A DNA stretch of 64,000 bases, from NCBI GenBank assembly GCA_965231085.1, contig OZ246413.1:603234-667233 (forward strand), read 5' to 3'. This DNA comes from an uncultured Candidatus Saccharibacteria bacterium. Lineage in GTDB: Bacteria > Patescibacteriota > Saccharimonadia > Saccharimonadales > UBA10212. This document shows, piece after piece, positions 38,519 through 47,068 of the stretch (within the stretch, counting starts at the first letter, position 1; each line of letters begins with the position of its first letter). Made by a program: the position numbers and the translations under genes. The notes under the pieces were generated by a model. The model made no database searches. It saw only the letters and a list, made by a program, of their open reading frames with translations, and was not told where the DNA came from.

Positions 38519-39892
38519 ATGTTGTTGTCGTCTGTTTACTGGCAAAAAGTAGTTTACTTTCTAGAGTTTTTTGGCGTCGGCATAACGGTTATCTTGTTAC
38601 CAATTGACCGATTCCCTTACCTCCACCATATACCTTTTAGCCTTGGTTTTATTTCGCTAGTCTTGCTATTGGCAGCAACAGGCGCCCGACTTTTAGAGAT
38701 TTATTTTAGAAAAGACCGTCGTGCCTTAAAGAGATACGCCTTGGTAGGTTTACTCTTGGCCCTGCCGGTTATTGGTTACGCACAGAGTATCCACTACGCA
38801 ATAGACAGACAATACGCCCTAGGCGCTACTAAATTACTCTTGGCAGCCGTCCTGAGAGCTTTTTGTATATATATTCTAGTTTCTGAAAACCGTAACCTGC
38901 TAAATCGTATAAAGAAACTTCTTTACGCCATGACTGCTATTATCGTAGCTTTTGGTTTCTTTCAGTTCTTCTTTGATATATTTGGCGCTTCACAAAATGT
39001 TACAGATCTATCATCGTGCTGCACATCCAACTCTACATATATTTTCCCAAGGGTGCACCCATTTTCGATCGAGCCCCTATATTTCTCAAACTTTTTACTC
39101 ATACCAATTTGGCTACTAGCCTATGATTTTCTAAAAAATAAACGTCTCCGATCCAATAAGAAATACATTGGTTTATTTATAGCAACTTCGTTATTGTTTT
39201 TACTCTCATTATCAAGAGGTGCAATTCTCGGTCTATTAATTGGCACCTTGGTTTTATACCTTGGTCTAAAGCCTCGCAATTTTGATATCCGGAAATGGTG
39301 GAAATTCCTGGCTAAGCTTTGGGGCGGGGCACTTATTGTGACCTTGATACTAGTTATTATCAGCGGGGTAGCAGCCTCAACAACCACGCCAAAGCATGCA
39401 ATCAATGGCTCAACATCAGGTGTCGCTGGCAATGTCCAAATATTTAGTGCGCATGCGGTTAATGTTGTCGATGATTCGGCCAAGACGCGCTATACGCTAT
39501 GGCCAAAATCCATCGATTTTATAAAACATCATTTACTTAAAGGCGTCGGTGCTTATAACAGTCGGGTTATATTAAACCAGGCTCAGTACGAAAATGGCAG
39601 AAACCCAACCGCCTTGCAACCCTTTAATAACGACCTTATTGGCTTGCTTGTTGACCTTGGATTGATAGGCGTTATTGCTTTTGGGCCACTTATTGCCGTT
39701 TTGTTTATTATCATAAAAAGTCTGCACAAAATTAAATGGGACAGTCCCATAACCCCTTACTCTATGGCTTTAATCGGTATGCTAGTACAAAGCAATTTTT
39801 TCCACGCCATCCTACTAACCAGGTTATGGTTTGTGGTTGGTCTAGTGCTGACATTTTATGGCACTTCTAAACAAGCAAAACAGAAGGCTTAG
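38519..39892 (+). CDS. O-antigen ligase/polymerase family (Wzy_C-like) membrane protein
   Basis: 457 aa, polytopic, with LSLSRGAILGLLIGTLVL (Wzy_C-like) followed by a large extracytoplasmic loop. Confidence 0.75.
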   Translation: MLLSSVYWQKVVYFLEFFGVGITVILLPIDRFPYLHHIPFSLGFISLVLLLAATGARLLEIYFRKDRRALKRYALVGLLLALPVIGYAQSIHYAIDRQYALGATKLLLAAVLRAFCIYILVSENRNLLNRIKKLLYAMTAIIVAFGFFQFFFDIFGASQNVTDLSSCCTSNSTYIFPRVHPFSIEPLYFSNFLLIPIWLLAYDFLKNKRLRSNKKYIGLFIATSLLFLLSLSRGAILGLLIGTLVLYLGLKPRNFDIRKWWKFLAKLWGGALIVTLILVIISGVAASTTTPKHAINGSTSGVAGNVQIFSAHAVNVVDDSAKTRYTLWPKSIDFIKHHLLKGVGAYNSRVILNQAQYENGRNPTALQPFNNDLIGLLVDLGLIGVIAFGPLIAVLFIIIKSLHKIKWDSPITPYSMALIGMLVQSNFFHAILLTRLWFVVGLVLTFYGTSKQAKQKA

Positions 39893-39893
39893 G

Positions 39894-40979
39894 ATGAATA
39901 TCGTAGTTGAGGCAAGAGAATCAGGCACCAGCACCGGGCGGCACATTGACAAGCTAATCGAGAATATTTATAAACTTGAACCCAATAAAGATATTACAAT
40001 TTTGACCAAAAAGGGTCGGGTCGATTTTTTTAAAAGCATAGCCCCTGGCTACAAGGTTATCGAGTGTAACTTTAAAGAATTTACTTTTTCGGAACAGATT
40101 GGGCTGGCATGGCAGCTATACAAATTAAGGCCCAAATTAGTCCATTTTACTATGACCCAACAGCCACTTTTATATTTCCCGAGATCAATTACTACGATCC
40201 ACGACTTGACCACAGCCAGATTCACGAATCCCGCTAAAAATTTATTTATATTCAAATTCAAACAGCTCATTTACAAAGCCGTGGTAGTTTGGGCTGCTCA
40301 TAAGTCAAAGGCTATCCTGACAATTTCAGAATATGTAAAAAAGGATATTGCGGAATTCGCACACGTTAACCCGAATAAAATTAACGTGACATATCTAGCA
40401 GCCGATAGGATAGAAGAAAAAGCTAAACCAATCGGAAACTTAACTAGTAAAGCATTTATAATGTACGTTGGTAGGCCACAGCCGCATAAAAATTTAGGTC
40501 GGTTGATCGACGCTTTTGTGATACTCCAAAAAACCTACCCTGAGTTAAGACTTGTATTAGCTGGCAAAAAGGACGTGCTCTATGAAGCTTACGAAAAAGA
40601 TGTGGCTAACCGAAAAATTAAAAATGTCCTCTTTACTGATTTTATAACCGAGGGACAACTTAGGTGGTTGTACGAAAATACTCTGGCCTACGTCTTCCCC
40701 TCCCTGAGTGAAGGATTTGGGCTACCGGGTCTCGAGGCCATGGCGCATGGCGCCCCTGTTGTCTCGAGTAATTACACTTGCTTACCGGAGATCTACTCTG
40801 ATGCAGCTCATTACTTTGACCCCACTGACGTGGCGGATATTGCTGCCAAGGTGTCGGAGGTCATTGAGGATAAGAAATTAGCGGCCCAATTGGTAAATAA
40901 AGGCTATGAACAGGTCAAAAAATTTTCTTGGGCTAAGATGGCCAGCCAGACTAACGATATCTACGATAAATCTATTTAA
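39894..40979 (+). CDS. glycosyltransferase family 4
   Basis: I prefer the ATG at 39894 (MNIVVEARESG...), just after the upstream stop. FPSLSEGFGLPGLEAMAHGAPVVSSNYTCLPEI. Confidence 0.88.
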   Translation: MNIVVEARESGTSTGRHIDKLIENIYKLEPNKDITILTKKGRVDFFKSIAPGYKVIECNFKEFTFSEQIGLAWQLYKLRPKLVHFTMTQQPLLYFPRSITTIHDLTTARFTNPAKNLFIFKFKQLIYKAVVVWAAHKSKAILTISEYVKKDIAEFAHVNPNKINVTYLAADRIEEKAKPIGNLTSKAFIMYVGRPQPHKNLGRLIDAFVILQKTYPELRLVLAGKKDVLYEAYEKDVANRKIKNVLFTDFITEGQLRWLYENTLAYVFPSLSEGFGLPGLEAMAHGAPVVSSNYTCLPEIYSDAAHYFDPTDVADIAAKVSEVIEDKKLAAQLVNKGYEQVKKFSWAKMASQTNDIYDKSI

Positions 40980-41458
40980 TCTTGCTCGACTGTTTCAAGG
41001 GGTTTTAAAACAATATGACGGTCACGACCAAAACCTACTGATTCTGTGGTTAAACCATATTCTTCGGCGACCTTATGAATAATCCTTCTGTCAGCGGCAT
41101 TCATTGGCTCAAGCTCCATGGGCTCTTTTGAGTTTTTGACTTGGCGAAACCAGTCTTCGGCCTTCTTACTTAATCTTTCGGCTCGTTGTTTTTTGTAGCC
41201 TGCAATATCGACATTGACTCGGGTATGCGTGAAGTTCTGATTCTTTAATGCTGAGCTAATTGTGTGCTGGAGAGACCGCATAGTATCCCCTTTGCCGCCG
41301 ATTAAAAAACCGTTTAGGTGTGTTGACGGAACATCAAGCTCAATTACCTCATGATCCTCTGTCGTAGCGTGTACTTCGGTGTTTAAACCAAAGAAAGATA
41401 GAAGATCTTCAAGATATTTTTTGGCATAAAGTATTGCTTCTTCTATATCGTCTTTCAT
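40976..41458 (-). CDS. jag: Jag/KhpB-like KH + R3H RNA-binding protein
   Basis: 160 aa with R3H motif (EPMNAADRRIIHKVAEEYGLTTESVG). It sits in the conserved position downstream of yidC. Confidence 0.85.
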   Translation of the reverse strand: MKDDIEEAILYAKKYLEDLLSFFGLNTEVHATTEDHEVIELDVPSTHLNGFLIGGKGDTMRSLQHTISSALKNQNFTHTRVNVDIAGYKKQRAERLSKKAEDWFRQVKNSKEPMELEPMNAADRRIIHKVAEEYGLTTESVGFGRDRHIVLKPLETVEQD

Positions 41459-42378
41459 TTTCTTCTCCTTTTTGCAGAAGATGGTTTTTTCTTTTTATTT
41501 TTTTGATGGGTTGTCTTATTAATTGCAGCTGGTTTAAAATCTTCAGCCTCTTTGACATCCTCGTTAAGTATTCTTGATTGCTGGAAAAAGGCCATACCGC
41601 TGCTGGCCAACCAGTACAGTGGCAAAGCGGCTGGTAAGCTGATTGAGAAAGCAAAAACCATGAACGGAACTATAAAAACCGTACCTCGACCAACTGCTGC
41701 ATTAACTTCTGACTGGTCGGCTTGCTTACCGGAACCGGCTTCGCTCAAAATTTTTCGCAGCGACCGTGCCTGTGGATCCTGGGGCATTAGTTGTTTGCTC
41801 TGTAGGTATTGTGTAATGGCGCTGGCTATAACAATCGCCATGGCTGGCCAGTAGATACCGCTTTTCCCAACCGCTGTTCGTGTTAGGTCAACTGCTCCGA
41901 GCAGAGTATTGTCAAAGTTATGGATATTGGTCGATAGATGTTTTATCCAACCGAGGTTTTGCACGAACGAATAGGAAAAATGGGTTATCTGGCCGGGATC
42001 GTTGATTATTTTTCTAAGGCCGCTATAAAGTCCAAGCAATATTGGTAGCTGCACGAATATAATCCCCAGGGAAGCTAGTGGCCTAATCTCTTTCTCTTTG
42101 TATAGCTCCATAATAAGCAGTGACTCTTTTTTTCTGTCGCCTTTAGCGGCAGCTTTGATTTTTTTTATCTCTGGCTGCAGCTCTCGCATAGCCTTGCTGT
42201 GGTTTATCTGTTTTTTTACTAACGGCCACATTAAAAGCCGGACTAGAATCGTAAATAAAATTATGGCCAACCCGAAGTTGTGGCCCGGGACCATCGCATA
42301 AATAAAAACTAGCAAGTTAAAAATTGGCTGGACAATTAAAGTCGTAAACATCAAAAAAATAAACCTCTCTTTAGACAC
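41455..42378 (-). CDS. yidC: membrane protein insertase YidC (short, monoderm type)
   Basis: 307 aa. ILFTILVRLLMWPLVKKQ motif, a basic C-terminal tail, and rnpA-yidC-jag synteny. Confidence 0.9.
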   Translation of the reverse strand: MSKERFIFLMFTTLIVQPIFNLLVFIYAMVPGHNFGLAIILFTILVRLLMWPLVKKQINHSKAMRELQPEIKKIKAAAKGDRKKESLLIMELYKEKEIRPLASLGIIFVQLPILLGLYSGLRKIINDPGQITHFSYSFVQNLGWIKHLSTNIHNFDNTLLGAVDLTRTAVGKSGIYWPAMAIVIASAITQYLQSKQLMPQDPQARSLRKILSEAGSGKQADQSEVNAAVGRGTVFIVPFMVFAFSISLPAALPLYWLASSGMAFFQQSRILNEDVKEAEDFKPAAINKTTHQKNKKKKPSSAKRRRK

Positions 42379-42410
42379 TACTATACCATAAGAGAGACCC
42401 TGCTCACCCC

Positions 42411-42761
42411 TTATCTATTAAGAATTCCAGCTTGTTTAAGTTGTTTTTCCAGTTGGCTAGTAACCTTTTGGCTTTCTTCGCTCAGAAGCTGGTCGTTAAA
42501 AACATTAATAACTATGTCAAATGGTCCACTAAAGTCGTTTTCGAGCAAACGTATAGCTTCGTATAGCCTGCGGCGAATTCGGTTTCGCGAGACCGCCGAT
42601 TTATGAACTTTTCGACTTACCACTACAGCAACCCTGTAGCTTTTTCGTTTCGGATTTCTATAAACCTTTACCGCATACTGTGGACCACGAATAGTCGAAC
42701 CAAATTTATAAACCTGCTTTAGGCTACTGTAGCCATGGAACCGGTGTTTAGAAGAAATCAT
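42411..42761 (-). CDS. rnpA: ribonuclease P protein component
   Basis: 116 aa. VSRKVHKSAVSRNRIRRRLYEA is the RNR motif. It lies directly downstream of rpmH. Confidence 0.9.
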   Translation of the reverse strand: MISSKHRFHGYSSLKQVYKFGSTIRGPQYAVKVYRNPKRKSYRVAVVVSRKVHKSAVSRNRIRRRLYEAIRLLENDFSGPFDIVINVFNDQLLSEESQKVTSQLEKQLKQAGILNR

Positions 42762-42773
42762 ACTAACAGTTTA

Positions 42774-42807
42774 TAGGTTCCGACTGATTGTTTACAGCCG
42801 GAACCTA
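42774..42807 (-). promoter_or_regulatory. 9-bp stem hairpin in the rpmH-rnpA spacer
   Basis: TAGGTTCCG (42774-42782) pairs with CGGAACCTA (42799-42807) around a 16-nt loop. It sits 12 nt upstream of the rnpA ATG. Function unknown. Confidence 0.3.
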
Positions 42808-42832
42808 CTTTATGGTTCAAATTTTAGAGTTT

Positions 42833-42970
42833 CTAGTGAGTTAGGCGAACGCGACCCTTGGCTCGACGACTCTTCAAAACCCGACGACCAGCTTTAGTGG
42901 CCATCCGCTTCATGAAGCCATGTTCACGAGATCGATGTCGTTTTTTTGGTTGGTATGTTCTCTTTGGCAT
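42833..42970 (-). CDS. rpmH: 50S ribosomal protein L34
   Basis: Manual translation gives [45 protein letters not shown] (45 aa, TAG stop at 42833-42835). It is too short for the ORF track. Confidence 0.95.
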   Translation of the reverse strand: MPKRTYQPKKRHRSREHGFMKRMATKAGRRVLKSRRAKGRVRLTH

Positions 42971-43259
42971 ATGAATACCTTACCACACCACCCCGCTGAT
43001 AGCCAAAGGTTGAGGCAGCTTTAATTAACGTGTGGAATATACAATGGTAAACCACAGTAATTGCCTTTTTATCCACTAAAACTAAATCTTTGTCCACAGA
43101 ATAACAGATGTAGTTTTTAGATGTGCATAACTTCTCTCCTGTGGGCTGGAGTTTTTAGATACTGATGTTTTTTTATACAAACCTGTGGAAAAGCCAGCCC
43201 TAGTTGTCTATATTGATATATACAAGTTTATTGAGGGAAGTTAATAGCAAGGACAGCTG
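42971..43259. other. oriC part 1: DnaA-box cluster and AT-rich tracts upstream of dnaA
   Basis: Matches to TTATCCACA: TTATCCACT at 43069-43077, TTGTCCACA at 43090-43098, TGTGGAAAA (reverse TTTTCCACA) at 43184-43192, and TGTGGAATA at 43031-43039. AT-rich runs lie at 43163-43180 and 43207-43232. Confidence 0.7.
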
Positions 43260-44639
43260 ATGCAAGATAGTTCGCTATGGCAGGCCGTTTTGGGAGAGAT
43301 CGAACTGAGTGTTTCACACGGTAATTTCGTGACTTGGTTTAAGAATACTCAACTTATAAAACAGAAGGACGGCGTTGTTGTTGTTGGTGTGCCTAATGTT
43401 TTTGTAAAAAACCAGCTGGAGAGAAAATTTAACGAGCTACTTTTAGCTGTTCTTAAGAAAAACGAGGTTGATGCAAATAACATTGAGTATAAGATCCACA
43501 CCGGGATAGCCCCTAACTCTCGTAAAGATGAGTCTGGTGTGCTAGACAACCCCACATATTCCCCAGCAAAAAAACCTGTTTTGCCTAGGCGCTCAATCGC
43601 CAATATCACCCACTCATATAGACAGGGCTTAAACGAAAAATACACTTTTGAGACTTTTGTAGTTGGAGCTGGCAACGAGCTAGCCTACGCAGCTTGTCAG
43701 GCAATTGTTGGCAAGCCGGGCACTAAATACAACCCACTATTCCTGTATGGTGGAGTGGGTATTGGTAAAACCCACCTTATACAGGCTGTTGGTAATGCTA
43801 TTTTGGCTGCGAAGCCTAATTCGCGGATTGTATACGCCTCAACTGAGCAATTTGTTCAAGAATTTGTCGATGCCATAAGATTCAAAAAAAACACCGGAGA
43901 CTTTGCCGATTTTTATCGTAGCGCTGATGTGCTGATAGTTGATGATGTCCAATTTTTAGCCGGTAAGGAGCGAGTCCAGGAGGAGTTCTTCCACACCTTT
44001 AATGCCCTGCACCAGGCTAACAAGCAAATTATTATTAGTTCGGATAAGCCGCCCAGGGATATCCCGACGCTCGAGGAGAGACTCCGCAGCCGTTTTGCTT
44101 GGGGGATGACAATAGATATGCAAACTCCAGACTTCGAAACCCGCTGTGCTATCCTTCAGACAAAAGCAAGTACTCAAGAAATCGAGCTGCCATCAAGTGT
44201 CATGGAGTTTTTGGCTGGCAGGGTCCAGAATAACATTCGAGAGCTAGAAGGGGCCCTTAACCAAGTTTTGGCCTTTTGTGAAATGAGGGGTGTTGAACCG
44301 AGCATAGAGGTAGTACAAAGTATTTTTGAAGCTGAACGTAATCGGCCAAAGCACGTTAGCGCTAGGCAGATAATTGAAAAAACCGCTAAGTACTTTCATG
44401 TGTCTATGGACGACATATTGGGACCCAAACGCGACAAAGATATTGTTGTCCCACGACAAATTGCAATGTATATGCTTAGAAGCGAACTACACTTAAGTTT
44501 CCCAAAAATAGCCCATGAACTGGGCCGGAAGGACCACACTACCGCCATCCACTCTATCGAAAAAATTCAAAAGGAGTCTAGTTTTGATGGTCCCATAAAA
44601 CAGTACGTCTCGGAATTAAAGGAGAAACTATATGTATAA
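43260..44639 (+). CDS. dnaA: chromosomal replication initiator protein DnaA
   Basis: 459 aa. Walker A GGVGIGKTHL, DDVQFL, and the C-terminal DNA-binding signature (GRKDHTTAIHSIEKI). Confidence 0.98.
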   Translation: MQDSSLWQAVLGEIELSVSHGNFVTWFKNTQLIKQKDGVVVVGVPNVFVKNQLERKFNELLLAVLKKNEVDANNIEYKIHTGIAPNSRKDESGVLDNPTYSPAKKPVLPRRSIANITHSYRQGLNEKYTFETFVVGAGNELAYAACQAIVGKPGTKYNPLFLYGGVGIGKTHLIQAVGNAILAAKPNSRIVYASTEQFVQEFVDAIRFKKNTGDFADFYRSADVLIVDDVQFLAGKERVQEEFFHTFNALHQANKQIIISSDKPPRDIPTLEERLRSRFAWGMTIDMQTPDFETRCAILQTKASTQEIELPSSVMEFLAGRVQNNIRELEGALNQVLAFCEMRGVEPSIEVVQSIFEAERNRPKHVSARQIIEKTAKYFHVSMDDILGPKRDKDIVVPRQIAMYMLRSELHLSFPKIAHELGRKDHTTAIHSIEKIQKESSFDGPIKQYVSELKEKLYV

Positions 44640-44882
44640 GATTGTGGAAAAATTGTTCAATTCTTGTGCTCAAAAACTGGACTTTTCCAGACTTTACACA
44701 TCAATTGAAAACACCAGACAACAAACCATATTTTTTATACAAGTTATAAGCTCAGGTTTTTCACAGAAACTAACCGCTTTTAAACAGCCTATTAGCCACA
44801 AATTTGATCTTGTGAGTGGTTTTTTATGCACTGTTTCCACAAACCCTACTAAGACTACTAAATTATATAAAGGAATAAATTA
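44640..44882. other. oriC part 2: DnaA-box cluster between dnaA and dnaN
   Basis: TGTGGAAAA at 44643-44651, TTTTTCACA at 44757-44765, TTAGCCACA at 44792-44800, GTTTCCACA at 44833-44841. AT-rich tract at 44730-44750. Confidence 0.65.
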
Positions 44883-45974
44883 ATGAAACTCCAAGTAACT
44901 CAAGCCAATCTAGCCAAAGCCCTAAACTCAGTTGCCCGAGTAGCAAGTAATAGAGGGACTTTGCCTATTCTAGCCAACGTTTTAATTAAAACCGAAAACA
45001 ACAGACTTAGCATTTCCGCTACCAATCTAGATATTGCGATAACCCATTTTGTTGGCTCTAAAATAGAAGCCGATGGGGCTATAACAGTGCCAGCTAGATT
45101 AATGCAAGATTTCGTTAGTAACCTACCCGATAGCGTTATAAATCTAGAGCTTGAGGACAACAAACTTCACATCAGTACAGACAAACATAAATCTACAATC
45201 AACGGGGTTAGCGCAGAAGACTTCCCTGTTATGCCAGCAATAAGCGAGGATATTTCTTGGGTTGAGACAGCCGCCGATTTTAAAAAAGCTATCTCGCAGG
45301 TTGTTTTTGCCGCTAGTAACGATGACGCCAGGCCTGTTTTAACAGGAGTATATTTCCATACGAAAGACAACAAAGTGTTAGTTGCTGCCACCGACAGTTA
45401 CCGTTTAGCAGAATCGGTCCTGGGGGCCACCAAAACCAACCAAAACTTTCTAGTTCCCTCCTCGGCTATCTCGGATTTATTAAGAATTATTTCAGATACC
45501 GACAAGGAGGTTATGGTTAATCATGACGATCAGCAGGTTATGTTTAAGGTGGGGGAGGTTACATTAGTAGCAAGGCTCATCGAGGGCAATTATCCTGACT
45601 ATGCCAAACTAATACCCACCAAATTTGCCACCATAGCCAAGCTTTCCAGAGCAGATTTTACTAATATTGCTAAGGTTTCTAGTTTGTTTGCAAGGGAGAG
45701 TGCTGGCAGTATCACTATTAAGGTAGATAAAACCACCAAAAGCGTTAGTATTAATGCTGTGGCCTCACAGCTTGGCGAAAACACAGCAACCGCTGATGCC
45801 GAGGTGGTTGGGGTTGGGGAGGTAACACTAAACTCAAGATACCTAATAGAGGCTCTGGGGGCTTTCTCTGGGGATGATATAGAGTTTTGTTTTAACGGCA
45901 AACTAGAGCCATGTATATTAAGAAGCCAGAGCGAACCAAAATACACACATTTGATAATGCCGCTTAGAAGCTAG
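44883..45974 (+). CDS. dnaN: DNA polymerase III beta sliding clamp
   Basis: 363 aa. MKLQVTQANLAKALNSVARVAS...LPILANVLI is a typical DnaN N-terminus, and the gene follows dnaA. Confidence 0.97.
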   Translation: MKLQVTQANLAKALNSVARVASNRGTLPILANVLIKTENNRLSISATNLDIAITHFVGSKIEADGAITVPARLMQDFVSNLPDSVINLELEDNKLHISTDKHKSTINGVSAEDFPVMPAISEDISWVETAADFKKAISQVVFAASNDDARPVLTGVYFHTKDNKVLVAATDSYRLAESVLGATKTNQNFLVPSSAISDLLRIISDTDKEVMVNHDDQQVMFKVGEVTLVARLIEGNYPDYAKLIPTKFATIAKLSRADFTNIAKVSSLFARESAGSITIKVDKTTKSVSINAVASQLGENTATADAEVVGVGEVTLNSRYLIEALGAFSGDDIEFCFNGKLEPCILRSQSEPKYTHLIMPLRS

Positions 45975-46000
45975 CCTGGTTAAACTGCTAGTATATAAAA

Positions 46001-47065
46001 ATGATAATCAGTAGTTTGAGACTACAAAACTTTAGGTCATACAAGGACAGCACCTACATTTTGGGCCCGGGGGTAAATGTTGTTTTTGGTAAGAACGCTA
46101 GCGGAAAAACCAACCTACTAGAAGCGGCGCTGGTTTTATTACAGGGCAAATCATATAGAGCGAAAGACAAAGATCTTATTAGAGGTGGTTCCGAATGGGC
46201 AAGGTTGGATGCTGGTATTGACGGTGACAAAAGAACTGTAAAGATTAAGGCTGATGGTGGACGGACTGAAAAAGAATTTGAGTTTAAGGGTAAAAACCAT
46301 AAAAAATTAGGTTTTTCTAGCCGTCTACCAGTAGTTGTGTTTGAGCCAAATCACCTTCAGCTAATTACTAGGGGCCCCGATCAAAGGCGAGAGTATGTAG
46401 ATGATATCCTAGAGAGAATTAACCCGGAATATAAAAGCCTAATCAATAAATATAGGCGGTCTTTAGCCCAAAGGAATCACTTGCTAAAGCTTTCTAGGGG
46501 CCAAGCCTCGTCTGGGCAAATGTTTGTGTGGGACCTTAAGCTGGCTGAGATTGGCGAGCAGATAGCCCTAGCTAGGTTTAATTTAGCCAAACAACTAAAT
46601 AGCAGGCTGAGTGAGAAGTATAGTTCAATCGCAAAAAATAAGGCCAACATTGAACTGGAGTATCTTAGCCACTTCCCTATCGACCAATATGCGACCCAGA
46701 TGGTTAAACGGCTAGAAAAAAACATCAAAGAAGATATGCTCAGGGGTTTTACTGTTTACGGCCCACATCGGGAAGCTCTAGATTTTAAGATTAATGGCCA
46801 GCCCATGTCGGTGGTTGGTTCGAGGGGCGAAGTAAGAAGTTTAATGCTTGCTCTAAAGATTTTAGAGCTTGATCTTGTTGAGCATGCTCATGCAGATAAA
46901 CCAATTTTGCTGCTAGACGATGTTTTTTCTGAGCTCGACTCAGGACGCCGGCGGGCGCTAGTTGGGTCAATTAAAGGTTTTCAAACAATTATTACTACGA
47001 CTGAAGCCGACTCGCTACCAAAGACGCTCAAAACCGGTCCGTATAGAACTATAAGAATTAAATAA
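46001..47065 (+). CDS. recF: DNA replication and repair protein RecF
   Basis: 354 aa. LQNFRSY, Walker A GKNASGKTNLLEA, and C-terminal LLLDDVFSELD. Confidence 0.95.
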   Translation: MIISSLRLQNFRSYKDSTYILGPGVNVVFGKNASGKTNLLEAALVLLQGKSYRAKDKDLIRGGSEWARLDAGIDGDKRTVKIKADGGRTEKEFEFKGKNHKKLGFSSRLPVVVFEPNHLQLITRGPDQRREYVDDILERINPEYKSLINKYRRSLAQRNHLLKLSRGQASSGQMFVWDLKLAEIGEQIALARFNLAKQLNSRLSEKYSSIAKNKANIELEYLSHFPIDQYATQMVKRLEKNIKEDMLRGFTVYGPHREALDFKINGQPMSVVGSRGEVRSLMLALKILELDLVEHAHADKPILLLDDVFSELDSGRRRALVGSIKGFQTIITTTEADSLPKTLKTGPYRTIRIK

Positions 47066-47068
47066 GCT

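Noticed and set aside
44632-44883. 83-aa ORF between dnaA and dnaN
   Set aside because: It lies entirely within the second DnaA-box cluster and AT-rich spacer. It has no RBS, its composition is odd, and it overlaps the dnaA stop. More likely non-coding oriC sequence.
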